64,000 nucleotides of DNA from Christensenellaceae bacterium (lineage in GTDB: Bacteria; Bacillota; Clostridia; Christensenellales; Borkfalkiaceae). Below the pieces are notes generated by a model. The model had not been told where the DNA came from. It saw only the letters and a program-made list of their open reading frames with translations, and made no database searches. A program made the position numbers and the translations under genes. Numbering within the stretch: position 1 is the first letter of the stretch; every line of letters starts with the position of its first letter. Positions 9,647 to 19,152 of the stretch are shown piece after piece. The DNA lies in assembly GCA_045542235.1 (NCBI GenBank), contig JAZQKQ010000035.1, positions 1,669 through 65,668 on the forward strand, read 5' to 3'.

Positions 9647-10360
9647 TTATTCACCTTTGTTTTTATTGAAAATTTTAGTTTGTTGAGCTTTGGTTTCAAG
9701 GTCGATAGAAATTGCATACATAGAAACCTTGTTATCTTTGTTTAAGCTTGACCAAACGCCGTTATAAAAACTTTCAAAATCGTTGCCAAGCTCAACCCAT
9801 TCAGGCTCGCCGGTAAAGGAAGGAATTGGGTTTCCGTTACCATTATAGGTGTGAATAAAATGACCTAAACCTTTAACTGGAGCGTAAGAATAAGTAAAGC
9901 GATTGCAACCCGAACCTTGTGGGTCGGCGCTTTTTAAAATGCTCATTTTATAGCTAAATTCACCTTCAAGGTTAAGTATTGCGCTAATTCTTGGGGTCCA
10001 GTTAGGACAATCAGGTTCAAACTCACGGGTTAAAAGAGCTTCTTCAAATGATTTTCCGTTAGCTAAAAAGTCGTAAATAGTGTCGGTTTGGTCGCCGTTG
10101 GTAACGATTAATTTACCGTTGATTGCACGAACGGGCGAATAGATAATTAAAGATGGGTCTTCAACCTTTGATGGGTCGAAAGGATAGATAATAATGCCGT
10201 CGTCAGTCTTTTCAAAAATTCTGTTTTGACTGTTTGCGCTTCTACCCATAATAAAATAAGCAACCATAGCCTTTTTTCCGTCGGCGCTTAAACCAACCAC
10301 GATACCACGACCAGGATAGTCGTTTTGAGCTAAAATATTTTCAAGTTTTAATTTTTCCAT
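9647..10360 (-). CDS. purO: PurO-type (archaeal-type) IMP cyclohydrolase
   Basis: YPGRGIVVG..VAYFIMGRSANSQNR, VTNGDQTDTI and NWTPRISA align from memory with Methanocaldococcus PurO motifs (YLGRILAVG, VSNGSHTDTI, NTPRIAA). Confidence 0.75.
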   Translation of the reverse strand: MEKLKLENILAQNDYPGRGIVVGLSADGKKAMVAYFIMGRSANSQNRIFEKTDDGIIIYPFDPSKVEDPSLIIYSPVRAINGKLIVTNGDQTDTIYDFLANGKSFEEALLTREFEPDCPNWTPRISAILNLEGEFSYKMSILKSADPQGSGCNRFTYSYAPVKGLGHFIHTYNGNGNPIPSFTGEPEWVELGNDFESFYNGVWSSLNKDNKVSMYAISIDLETKAQQTKIFNKNKGE

Positions 10361-10364
10361 AAAG

Positions 10365-10973
10365 TTAATTCCTTTTCATTAAAATATCTTTTGAAACGGT
10401 TTCAATAGCCCTTGGAAGAAGAATCCATTCGGCTTGTTCCATAACTCGTTTTTGCAAAATTTCAGGAGTGTCGCCATCGAGAATTTCAACGGCTTTTTGA
10501 GCAATTATTTTTCCCCCGTCGGGTATTTCGTTAACGAAATGCACCGTTGCACCGGTCACCTTCACCCCGTATTTTAAAGCTTCTTCGTGAACTTTTAAGC
10601 CGTAATATCCCTTTCCGCAAAAGGAAGGAATTAGGGCTGGATGAACGTTTATAATGCGGTTTGCAAAGGTTTTTGTAAAGCTTTCGCTTAAAATACACAT
10701 AAATCCGGCTAAAACTATAAGGTCGATTTCCAATTCTTTTAAAAGGGCAACAAGGCGATTTTCAAATTCTAAACCGCCAAGCTCTTTTTTGTTAATGCAA
10801 ACGCCCCTAACCCCGTGATTTTCAGCTCGGGTTAAAGCAAAGGCGTTGGGGTTGTTGGAAATTACAACTTTTATTTCAGCCGAAGTTATAATTCTATCGT
10901 CTACCGCATTTAGAATGGCTTGCAAATTAGTTCCGCCACCCGAAACCAAAACGGCAACTTTAACTTTTTTCAT
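10365..10973 (-). CDS. purN: phosphoribosylglycinamide formyltransferase
   Basis: VLVSGGGTNLQAI, LAGFM and NVHPALIP motifs. Confidence 0.9.
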   Translation of the reverse strand: MKKVKVAVLVSGGGTNLQAILNAVDDRIITSAEIKVVISNNPNAFALTRAENHGVRGVCINKKELGGLEFENRLVALLKELEIDLIVLAGFMCILSESFTKTFANRIINVHPALIPSFCGKGYYGLKVHEEALKYGVKVTGATVHFVNEIPDGGKIIAQKAVEILDGDTPEILQKRVMEQAEWILLPRAIETVSKDILMKRN

Positions 10974-10984
10974 AAGTCACCAAA

Positions 10985-12028
10985 TTAATATAAAACGATT
11001 TTTTCATCAGACTTAATGATGCTACCAATAACGTAGGCATCTTGTCCGTTTGCTTTTAAAATTTCAATTGACTTTTTAGCGTCTTGCTTGTTTACGATGC
11101 AAATCATTCCAACGCCCATATTATAGGTATTGAACATATCACGCTCGCTAACGTTACCAGCCTTTTGAATAAGGTTGAAAATTGGTAAAATTCTAACGTC
11201 GCTTTTAGCGATTGAAGCGCCTAAACCTTCAGGAATAGTTCTTGGAATATTTTCATAGAAACCACCGCCGGTAATATGAGAAATTCCCTTAACTTCAACT
11301 TGGTCGATAAGAGCTAAAACAGGCTTAACGTAAATTTTAGTTGGAGTTAAAAGGGTTTCGCCAAGGCTTTTTCCACCAAGTTCGCTAACGGGAGCTTTAA
11401 GGTCGCAATTTTCAATGTCGAAAACCTTTCTAACCAATGAAAAACCGTTAGAGTGAACACCACTTGATGGAAGGGCAATAATAACGTCGCCTTCCTTCAT
11501 TTTTGAAGCGTCGAGAATTTTGTTTTTATCGACAACGCCGGTTGCGCAACCTGCCAAGTCGTATTCATCTTCCGGATAAAACCCTGGCATTTCGGCAGTT
11601 TCGCCACCAATTAAAGCGCAACCCGATTGAACGCAACCTTCGGCAACGCCGGCAACGATTTGTTCAATTTTTTCAGGGAAGTTTTTTCCGCAAGCAATAT
11701 AGTCGAGAAAAATTTGAGGTTTTGCGCCACAACAAATAACGTCGTTAACGCACATTGCAACGCAGTCGATACCAACGGTATCGTGCTTGTCCATTAAAAA
11801 GGCAATTTTAAGCTTTGTTCCAACGCCGTCGGTTCCGCTAACTAAAACGGGCTTTGAAATGCCTTCAAGGTCGAGTTCAAACAACCCGCCAAAGCCACCG
11901 ATATCAGAAACGACGCCTTTGGTCATCGTTCTTTGAATGTGTTTTTTAATTAGCTCAACAGAGCGATAGCCAGCGGTAATATCAACACCGCTTTGAGCGT
12001 AAGCTTCCGATTTGGAAATTTCTTTCAT
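10985..12028 (-). CDS. purM: phosphoribosylformylglycinamidine cyclo-ligase (AIR synthetase)
   Basis: YAQSGVDI..., GTDGVGTK and DYIA motifs. Start trimmed to ATG 12028, which is preceded by AGGAGGAA. Confidence 0.95.
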   Translation of the reverse strand: MKEISKSEAYAQSGVDITAGYRSVELIKKHIQRTMTKGVVSDIGGFGGLFELDLEGISKPVLVSGTDGVGTKLKIAFLMDKHDTVGIDCVAMCVNDVICCGAKPQIFLDYIACGKNFPEKIEQIVAGVAEGCVQSGCALIGGETAEMPGFYPEDEYDLAGCATGVVDKNKILDASKMKEGDVIIALPSSGVHSNGFSLVRKVFDIENCDLKAPVSELGGKSLGETLLTPTKIYVKPVLALIDQVEVKGISHITGGGFYENIPRTIPEGLGASIAKSDVRILPIFNLIQKAGNVSERDMFNTYNMGVGMICIVNKQDAKKSIEILKANGQDAYVIGSIIKSDEKIVLY

Positions 12029-12073
12029 AATTCCTCCTAAGGTTTTCACCTTTTTGCATATTTACTATAATTA

Positions 12074-12565
12074 TTAATTAAATTTGTCTTCAACGGCCTT
12101 ATTCTTTTTCAAAACCGTTTCTAAACCTTCACGCCTTGCGTTTTCAAGCTTTTCAGCCAAGCTATCGTCGGTTATAGCAAGCATTTCAATAGCTAATAGA
12201 GCGGCGTTTTTCGCCCCGTCGATTGCAACGGTAGCAACGGGAATGCCACTTGGCATTTGAACGGTTGCTAAAAGTGCGTCTAACCCGTCGAGATTGGTTG
12301 ATTTGCAAGGAATTCCAATTACGGGAAGAGTGGTATACGATGCAACAACCCCACCGAGATGAGCCGCCATACCCGCAGCGCAAATAATAGCGCCGAAGCC
12401 GTTTTTGCGAGCGTTAATTGAAAAATCAGCCGCCTCTTTCGGAGTGCGGTGAGCTGAATAAACGTGCGCCTCGTAAGGCACGCCGAATTCCTTTAAGGTG
12501 CTAATAGCCTTTTCAACAACCGGAAGGTCGCTGTCGCTACCCATAATAATACCAATTTTTTTCAT
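12074..12565 (-). CDS. purE: 5-(carboxyamino)imidazole ribonucleotide mutase
   Basis: IIMGSDSDLPV and AGMAAHLGGVVA motifs. Start trimmed to ATG 12565 (MKKIGIIMGS). Confidence 0.95.
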   Translation of the reverse strand: MKKIGIIMGSDSDLPVVEKAISTLKEFGVPYEAHVYSAHRTPKEAADFSINARKNGFGAIICAAGMAAHLGGVVASYTTLPVIGIPCKSTNLDGLDALLATVQMPSGIPVATVAIDGAKNAALLAIEMLAITDDSLAEKLENARREGLETVLKKNKAVEDKFN

Positions 12566-12596
12566 GTTTTCAATTCCTTTTATATAATACATAATA

Positions 12597-12624
12597 AGTA
12601 TACCATAACTATAAAATTTGTCAA
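12597..12624 (-). promoter_or_regulatory. pur operon promoter
   Basis: On the minus strand: TTGACA (12624-12619), 16-nt spacer, TGgTATACT with the -10 at 12602-12597. The leader to purE is only about 25 nt. Confidence 0.6.
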
Positions 12625-12759
12625 TAAAAAGAATAAATTTCGCCAAAAAACATTTCGGCATTTAGCACTAAAATATAGTAAAATTTGCCCAAACTTTATT
12701 TTTTAAACCCAAAAAAGCAATTTAATGAAAATTATTATTTATTAATTTGCAAAAAATGG

Positions 12760-12788
12760 TTGCAACTTATTTTTGAATGTGCTAAAAT
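12760..12788 (+). promoter_or_regulatory. guaB promoter
   Basis: TTGCAA at 12760-12765, 17-nt spacer, TGcTAAAAT with the -10 at 12783-12788. Confidence 0.6.
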
Positions 12789-12826
12789 TATTAAAATTTA
12801 CATTTAGAAAAATAAGGAGTGAACTT

Positions 12827-14329
12827 ATGGCTTATTTTTATGAAGAACAATCAAGAACTTTTAGCGAATATCTTTTAGTTCCAGGTTTAACCACAGAAGA
12901 ATGCATACCAACGAGAGTTGACCTTTCTACCCCGCTTGTAAAATACAAAAAGGGTGAAGAATGCCCACTTAGGCTCAATATTCCAATGGTCAGCGCTATA
13001 ATGCAATCGGTTTCCGACAATAAAATGGCTATTGCCCTTGCTAAACAAGGTGGTATTTCTTTTATATACGGCTCTCAATCAATTGAAAACCAAGCAAAAA
13101 TGGTTGCTCTTGTAAAAAAATATAAAGCAGGTTTCGTTGTTTCCGATTCTAACTTAACCCCACAAGCAACCTTACAAGACGTTTTAGATCTCGTAGAGAA
13201 AAACGGACACTCTACCATCGCTATTACCGATAACGGCGAACCTAACGGCAAACTTCTTGGTATTGTGACAAGCCGTGACTACCGTGTTAGTAGAATGGAT
13301 ACCAGCTTGAAAGTTAGAAAGTTTATGACCCCGCTCGACAAGCTTATAACCGCCGACGAATCGATTACCCTTTCCCAAGCAAACGATATTATTTGGGAAC
13401 ACAAACTTAACTCCCTACCTATCGTTGATAAAAAGGGCAACCTTTTATATTTCGTTTTCAGAAAGGACTACTCTGAACACAAACAAAATCCAAACGAACT
13501 TCTCGACAGCAAAAAACGCTATCTCGTTGGTGCAGGCGTTGGCACGAGAGATTATGAAGAACGCATTCCAGCATTAATTAAAGTCGGAGCCGACGTGCTT
13601 TGTATCGACTCATCCGACGGTTATAGCTGTTGGCAAGCAAAAACCATTAAATTCGTTCGTGATAACTACGGCGACAAGGTTAAAATTGGCGCAGGAAACG
13701 TTGTTTCAAAAGAAGGCTTTAACTATCTCGTTGAAGCTGGCGCAGACTTTGTTAAGGTTGGTATTGGCGGTGGATCAATTTGTATCACCCGTGAAACCAA
13801 AGGTATTGGTAGAGGTCAAGCAACGGCGTTAATTGAAGTTGCAAAAGCCCGTGACGAATATTATGAAAAAACGGGAATTTACGTTCCAATTTGTTCAGAC
13901 GGCGGTATCGTTCACGACTACCACATGACCCTTGCCCTTGCAATGGGCGCAGACTTCTTAATGCTCGGCAGATATTTTGCTCGTTTCGATGAAAGCCCAA
14001 CGAACAAAATTATCATTAACGGAAACTACGTTAAAGAATATTGGGGCGAAGGAAGTAATCGTGCTAAAAACTGGCAACGCTACGACCTTGGCGGAAAGGA
14101 TAAGCTAAGCTTTGAAGAAGGCGTTGATAGCTACGTTCCTTATGCAGGTCCACTCAACGACAACGTTGCAAAAACCTTATATAAAATTAAGTCAACAATG
14201 TGCAACTGTGGCGTAACTTCAATCTCTCAATTCCACAGAGAAGCAAAACTAACCCTCGTTTCATCGGTTAGTATCGTTGAAGGCTCCGCCCACGACGTAA
14301 TTTTAAAAAACACGACCTATAAAGACTAA
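12827..14329 (+). CDS. guaB: IMP dehydrogenase
   Basis: [10 protein letters not shown]-terminus, CBS pair, catalytic loop [12 protein letters not shown]. Start trimmed to ATG 12827, which follows AAGGAG. Confidence 0.9.
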   Translation: MAYFYEEQSRTFSEYLLVPGLTTEECIPTRVDLSTPLVKYKKGEECPLRLNIPMVSAIMQSVSDNKMAIALAKQGGISFIYGSQSIENQAKMVALVKKYKAGFVVSDSNLTPQATLQDVLDLVEKNGHSTIAITDNGEPNGKLLGIVTSRDYRVSRMDTSLKVRKFMTPLDKLITADESITLSQANDIIWEHKLNSLPIVDKKGNLLYFVFRKDYSEHKQNPNELLDSKKRYLVGAGVGTRDYEERIPALIKVGADVLCIDSSDGYSCWQAKTIKFVRDNYGDKVKIGAGNVVSKEGFNYLVEAGADFVKVGIGGGSICITRETKGIGRGQATALIEVAKARDEYYEKTGIYVPICSDGGIVHDYHMTLALAMGADFLMLGRYFARFDESPTNKIIINGNYVKEYWGEGSNRAKNWQRYDLGGKDKLSFEEGVDSYVPYAGPLNDNVAKTLYKIKSTMCNCGVTSISQFHREAKLTLVSSVSIVEGSAHDVILKNTTYKD

Positions 14330-14340
14330 TTAAAAAACGA

Positions 14341-14371
14341 AAAAGAAGCTTTTAAAAGCTTCTTTTTTTTT
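14341..14371 (+). terminator. rho-independent terminator of guaB
   Basis: AGAAGCTTTT/AAAAGCTTCT stem followed by a T9 run. Confidence 0.8.
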
Positions 14372-14373
14372 GC

Positions 14374-14392
14374 GTTAATCGACTTATTTGCC
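14374..14392 (-). repeat. intergenic motif copy 2 (minus orientation)
   Basis: Reverse complement reads ggcaaATAAGTCGATTAAc. Confidence 0.85.
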
Positions 14393-14409
14393 GATATTTT
14401 AACTTTTTA

Positions 14410-16314
14410 TTACTTTTTGCGTTTTAACAAAATTAAACCAATTGCCCCAAGGGTTAAACCAAAGCAAACCAAACTTCCCTCGCCCGTTGCGCTTGAAGAA
14501 CAACCTCTTTTTTCAGCCGTTTGATTATTAGCCGAACTCTTTTTGCTTCTGCTTCTTCTAGGCGCCGAACTTTGAGCGTTACTGCTTGAAAGCTCGGTGG
14601 AAACAACAGGCTTTTGATTTTCACTTTTGCCCACGCTCACTTGACCAACTTGACTTGTTTGGGTTGAGTCCGAGCTTTTACTTACTTGACCTGTTTGGCT
14701 ATTTTGACTTGATTTAACCGAGCTCGATTTACTAACGCTAGACTTGCTAGTTTGGCTTGTTTGAGCAGTATGTTTTATCACCGAAAATTCACCTAAAAGG
14801 TTAGCGCCAACTTTTTCGTTATAAATATTGCCGTTATTAGCAAGTTTAATTGAACGAAGAAGTGAAGTTTCAGCTTCGTAGCTACTTAAAATTTTAAGAT
14901 AAGCCTTGTAGCTACCTTCGGCAAAATTAGAAGGAATTTGCTCGGTTATTGAAAGGGTTTTAGTAGTTTTACTTAAAAGAGATTTTTCGCTTAAATTTGT
15001 TTTTGTAATCGACTTAACGTTGTCGTTTTTATCGGCAATAACTAAATAGATATTTTGTTTTCTGGTAATATTGCCAAAGCCCACGTTTTCAATATCGAAT
15101 TCAAGTTGCAAATTATCGCCTTGGGCAACGGTTTTCGTTAGGCGACTTCCACGCAAAACCAACCTATACCCCAAGCGATTGCGAATAAATTGAAAATCGG
15201 AAGTTTTATTCTTATAAACGGCGTCGTTGCCGGTATATGTGGTGTTTTCCCAATGGTAAATAACGTTTTTATAATTATAGTGATAGTTTAAATAGGAAGT
15301 GTGAGTTAAAAAACCTTCTTGTTCGATAAACGCACGACTATTATAGCTACCAATTCCGCTGTCGTATTCGTTTTTAATTTTAGCGCTACTATCGGCAAGA
15401 ACTTCCCCACCGAAAGGAACGAATTTAGCGTTAGTTAACCAACCGACTTCCGCATTTCTGTTAAGATAAGTTCCCGTGTCGGTAGAGTTACCTAAATAGC
15501 CGTCGTTATAGCAACCAATGCGGGCTTCGGGGGTGTTTTCTTCAATTTTTATATTATTGATGTTGTTTAAAGTATACGATTTGTTATATTTAGTGTTATA
15601 CCAATGTAAGAAATAGTGTGGTCTACGCACTAAAACGGGCATATCGCTCGGCGTTGCGTTAAGCCAAGCTTCAACGAGCTGATAAAAGCCTTGAACGTTA
15701 TCTCTATTACCAAATGTAGTTGAGTGCTGTTCGCCCCACGCTCCAAACATACCGCTTTGAACGGCGAAAATAACGTCGGCATTGTCGGTTATTACCTTTC
15801 CAAGCTGACTAACGTGTTTTAAAATCCAATCCATACTCGGCTCGCAATCGGCAGAGTTTTCACCGGTATAGGTTACGCCGTCCATATCGTAAGAAAATCT
15901 TACTATGCACGTTGCGTTAACCTTTCTAATTTCGTCAAACAACTTTTCAAGAGATAAAATATCGTTAGCCGTAATATCCTTTGCCGTTCCACCCATATTA
16001 GGCGAATATTTTTTTAGGTCGATGTTAAACCAAATTACGCTAACGCCGTCGTCGATGGTCCAGCCTGGCGACGACCAGGTAAAGCCGTTTACCCATTCGC
16101 TTGCATCGGTAAAAGTAAGAGCGCCGTCGTTATTAAGCTCAACGCCTTCCCTATGAATAAAACCGATATAAGGATTGTTTACGGTTTTAATAGACTCGGT
16201 GTAATCAAGCCCTGCATCGGTTAAAACTGAAGCCTGCGAAACCAAAGGCTTTGCCGTTAAAAGAACGGTTAACGAAAAGGCAAACGCCAAAAGGAAAAAT
16301 AAAACTTTTTTCAT
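14410..16314 (-). CDS. secreted glycoside-hydrolase-like protein (DUF4874/DUF4832-like) with Ser/Gln-rich stalk and C-terminal membrane anchor
   Basis: Sec signal peptide. GMFGAWGEQH resembles the DUF4832 / GH42-like GxWGEWH motif. A low-complexity S/Q stalk of about 100 aa is followed by a hydrophobic helix and KRKK. Confidence 0.4.
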   Translation of the reverse strand: MKKVLFFLLAFAFSLTVLLTAKPLVSQASVLTDAGLDYTESIKTVNNPYIGFIHREGVELNNDGALTFTDASEWVNGFTWSSPGWTIDDGVSVIWFNIDLKKYSPNMGGTAKDITANDILSLEKLFDEIRKVNATCIVRFSYDMDGVTYTGENSADCEPSMDWILKHVSQLGKVITDNADVIFAVQSGMFGAWGEQHSTTFGNRDNVQGFYQLVEAWLNATPSDMPVLVRRPHYFLHWYNTKYNKSYTLNNINNIKIEENTPEARIGCYNDGYLGNSTDTGTYLNRNAEVGWLTNAKFVPFGGEVLADSSAKIKNEYDSGIGSYNSRAFIEQEGFLTHTSYLNYHYNYKNVIYHWENTTYTGNDAVYKNKTSDFQFIRNRLGYRLVLRGSRLTKTVAQGDNLQLEFDIENVGFGNITRKQNIYLVIADKNDNVKSITKTNLSEKSLLSKTTKTLSITEQIPSNFAEGSYKAYLKILSSYEAETSLLRSIKLANNGNIYNEKVGANLLGEFSVIKHTAQTSQTSKSSVSKSSSVKSSQNSQTGQVSKSSDSTQTSQVGQVSVGKSENQKPVVSTELSSSNAQSSAPRRSRSKKSSANNQTAEKRGCSSSATGEGSLVCFGLTLGAIGLILLKRKK

Positions 16315-16344
16315 AACTCACCTTTAATTTATTAAAGTAAATTT

Positions 16345-16373
16345 ATTTTATCACAATTTACTCGCTATTGCAA
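16345..16373 (-). promoter_or_regulatory. promoter of the 14410-16314 gene
   Basis: On the minus strand: TTGCAA (inside the palindrome GCTATTGCAATAGC), 17-nt spacer, TGTGATAAAAT. Confidence 0.55.
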
Positions 16374-16460
16374 TAGCTTAAAGAAAATTCAACCTAATTT
16401 TAAATATACTTATATTTATTTTTATGTTATAACCTATTTAAATATTTTTTCAAAAAAGGC

Positions 16461-16479
16461 GTTAATCGACCTATTGCCC
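16461..16479 (-). repeat. intergenic motif copy 3 (minus orientation, one core mismatch)
   Basis: Reverse complement reads gggcaATAgGTCGATTAAc. Confidence 0.7.
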
Positions 16480-16487
16480 ACTTTTTA

Positions 16488-16530
16488 ACAAAAAATATCC
16501 CCATCGCCCTAAAAATAGGCGTGGGGATAA
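16488..16530 (-). terminator. rho-independent terminator of the lipid operon
   Basis: On the minus strand: ATCCCCACGCC..GGCGATGGGGAT hairpin followed by ATTTTTTG. Confidence 0.7.
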
Positions 16531-16533
16531 ATT

Positions 16534-18303
16534 TTATTCTTGTTCACCTAACTTACAGCCAATTGCAACCATAATTTTATCTTTAACTTCATCCATTTGA
16601 GATTTAAAGTCACCGTTTCTAAAACGAATTGGAGTTTTTTCTACTATGGTTTTACTTTCGTCGTCAATGACCAACGGAACAAATTTTAAGTGGCGATTAA
16701 ACTTTTTATAATAAAGTTTTTCCAAAAGCAAAAATCCGGAATAAATGTCGCTTTCCGTTTGGCTGTTAGCCGTGTAGTTAATGTCGGGGAAAATAATAAT
16801 ATTTTCGTGCTTTTCCAAACATTCCATCGATTTTTTCAAAGTCGTTAAGGAATTAGTGTTCTTTCTATAAACGGGCACGGCTTCCATACTTTTTAAAATT
16901 GGAACGAGAGCGCCCGTTGTCCAAAAGGCGCAGAACTTCGACTTAAACTTACCCATTTTTTGGGTTACGGGGAAAGTATAGGTTGAAAATTGCTTATAAC
17001 ATTCCCTGTAAGAGAAGAATGGCGAAAAAGCAAGTAAATGCACGTCGAAGCCAAGTTTCGTTATGGTTGTTAGCGGTCCGTGCATATTAAGGTGACGGCA
17101 AACGTAAACGGTTCCCACCTTGTCTTCCGCAACCAAAGAAGTATATTTTTTAGTGAAAAGTCGATAGAAAAATCTAACGAAGCGTGAATACCAACCCCAA
17201 AACTTTCCGTTTTTACGGCGACGACCTGCAAAAACCCATCTTGTTTGAATTTGGTAGGATAAAATTGACATAACCGCCGTTGACAAGCCCGTGCATAGGG
17301 TAACCAAACTTGGTTGCTCAATAAAGTGGGCAAACAACGAAGCGTAACCTAAGGAAGCTAAATATAAAAATAGCCACAAAATATAATAGCGATATATGCT
17401 CCGCTTTGATTTTCCGTTAAAAACGTATTTATAGTTAACGGCAAAATTAAACACCGACGAGCCTACTCTTGCAATAGTTTGAGCGCAAATTGCTTGGCTA
17501 AAAATCCATAGCCCCGCTTCGGGTAGATATTTTAAGCCTAAATATAAGAACAATATTTCGCAAACGGCTGAAAGCACGCTGGCAATCATAAAAAAGCTTA
17601 AATTCGTTAATAGCACCTTTGCCACCCTTAAACTATCACGCACGGTGTGGTAGTGCGAAACCTTTTCAACGTCGTCGGGCTTTTCTTCGTAAACGGTGGT
17701 TATTGGCACTTCACGAATTGGAACGTCCCTTTTATGTAGCACCACAAGCTGATTCATTTCATATTCAAACCTATCGCCTTTAATTTCAAGCAAGATATCG
17801 AGAAGAGAATATGGAAAGGACCTTAAACCCGTTTGAGTGTCTGAAATTCTAACGCCGTATAAAAGCTTAAAAACTCTGCGAGTTGAAACGTTTCCAACCC
17901 GAGAACGCTTTGGAACTTGGGGTAAAGAAAAATCTCTAACGCCAAGCACGAAAGAATCGCCAAACTCGGCGCAAGTTAAAGAAGTGTTTAAAACGTCTTC
18001 AACTAAATGCTGTCCGTCGCAATCGGCGGTGGTAAAAACGAAACGCTCGTCAAAATTTTCCTTTGCGTATTTAAAAGCCGTTTTTAAAGCATAGCCCTTT
18101 CCGTGGTTTTCTGCGTATTCTAAAACGGTGCATCTTTCAAGTTCTCTCAACTTGTTAAAAACGTCGCTATACTTTTCGCCACTACCATCGTTAACAACGA
18201 TAAGTTGGGCTATACGTGCGTTAATTAAGGTTTTTGCATATTCAACGAAATTATTGCTCGGTTCGTATGCGGGAATTATTACAACGCATTGATTTGTTTG
18301 CAT
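16534..18303 (-). CDS. family-2 glycosyltransferase fused to a GtrA-like membrane domain and a C-terminal acyltransferase-like region
   Basis: IIPAYEP..VVNDGS..DCDGQH is a GT2 signature. The central polytopic segment contains NFAVNYKYVF, which is GtrA-like. The C-terminal ~220 aa has CRHLNMHG and IIFPD, a weak resemblance to LPLAT motifs I and III. Confidence 0.55.
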   Translation of the reverse strand: MQTNQCVVIIPAYEPSNNFVEYAKTLINARIAQLIVVNDGSGEKYSDVFNKLRELERCTVLEYAENHGKGYALKTAFKYAKENFDERFVFTTADCDGQHLVEDVLNTSLTCAEFGDSFVLGVRDFSLPQVPKRSRVGNVSTRRVFKLLYGVRISDTQTGLRSFPYSLLDILLEIKGDRFEYEMNQLVVLHKRDVPIREVPITTVYEEKPDDVEKVSHYHTVRDSLRVAKVLLTNLSFFMIASVLSAVCEILFLYLGLKYLPEAGLWIFSQAICAQTIARVGSSVFNFAVNYKYVFNGKSKRSIYRYYILWLFLYLASLGYASLFAHFIEQPSLVTLCTGLSTAVMSILSYQIQTRWVFAGRRRKNGKFWGWYSRFVRFFYRLFTKKYTSLVAEDKVGTVYVCRHLNMHGPLTTITKLGFDVHLLAFSPFFSYRECYKQFSTYTFPVTQKMGKFKSKFCAFWTTGALVPILKSMEAVPVYRKNTNSLTTLKKSMECLEKHENIIIFPDINYTANSQTESDIYSGFLLLEKLYYKKFNRHLKFVPLVIDDESKTIVEKTPIRFRNGDFKSQMDEVKDKIMVAIGCKLGEQE

Positions 18304-18316
18304 AGTTTACTTTCCT

Positions 18317-19144
18317 TTAAAAATTATTAGCATCGAAATTATCAATGCTGGTTTGAATTATCTTAGAAATATCTTCAGCTAATTCTTGAGTAGATTTATC
18401 TTGATATTCTTCATAGGTTATAATTTTTAACACGTTAATATAAACGTGATTAGTTTTAAAAAGCATTTTTTTGCCAATTTTTTCAGTGCCTTCAAAAACC
18501 ATAACGGCAATTGGCGCTTTAGCCTTGGTTGCAATTTTTAAACTGCCCGCCTTTAAAGGCATTAAATTTCTATCTTTAAGATTGCGAGTGCCTTCCGGAC
18601 AAACGCCAATGCTCAAATTTTGTTCCTTTAAAAACTTTGAAGCTTTAATAATGGTTTTTAGGGCTTCACGGTCGTTATTTCTATCAATAGCCAAACAACC
18701 GGCGTTATTTAAAAAAGGTCCTGCAAGGGGAATTTTAAAATTTTCCGGTTTGGAAATCATAACGGGGTTGCACCTTTCAAAAACCTTAAATTGCAAAATT
18801 GGGTCAAACTTCGACCTATGGTTTGAAACTAATAAATAAGCCTTGTCCCCTTCAATTAATTCCCCGTTTTTAACGTGAACTTTAACACGGAAAACCTGTA
18901 AAATAAAACCAACTACCACCTTAACCCAAAAATAGGCAAACTTGTTTGGTTTATCCGGCGATTTTTTTGGTAAAAACAGCGAAATAATAAGCAAGCCGAG
19001 CAAAATTATTCCTATATACGCCAAAAAGAAGCCAAGCCACAATAGTAGCGGAATATAAAGAGTGGAAATTGATGAAAAGGCGTTGAGCTTAAAGCTTACT
19101 AAAACAGCCGTGGCTAACCCTGCCAAAAATGAAAATAATAACAT
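18317..19144 (-). CDS. plsC: 1-acyl-sn-glycerol-3-phosphate acyltransferase
   Basis: NHRSKFD (the H-x4-D motif) and CPEGTR, with N-terminal transmembrane segments. Confidence 0.8.
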   Translation of the reverse strand: MLLFSFLAGLATAVLVSFKLNAFSSISTLYIPLLLWLGFFLAYIGIILLGLLIISLFLPKKSPDKPNKFAYFWVKVVVGFILQVFRVKVHVKNGELIEGDKAYLLVSNHRSKFDPILQFKVFERCNPVMISKPENFKIPLAGPFLNNAGCLAIDRNNDREALKTIIKASKFLKEQNLSIGVCPEGTRNLKDRNLMPLKAGSLKIATKAKAPIAVMVFEGTEKIGKKMLFKTNHVYINVLKIITYEEYQDKSTQELAEDISKIIQTSIDNFDANNF

Positions 19145-19152
19145 ATTACACC

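Noticed and set aside
12566-12772. Purine/guanine riboswitch upstream of purE.
   Set aside because: The best promoter leaves a leader of only about 25 nt. I could find no three-way junction or the conserved riboswitch loops.
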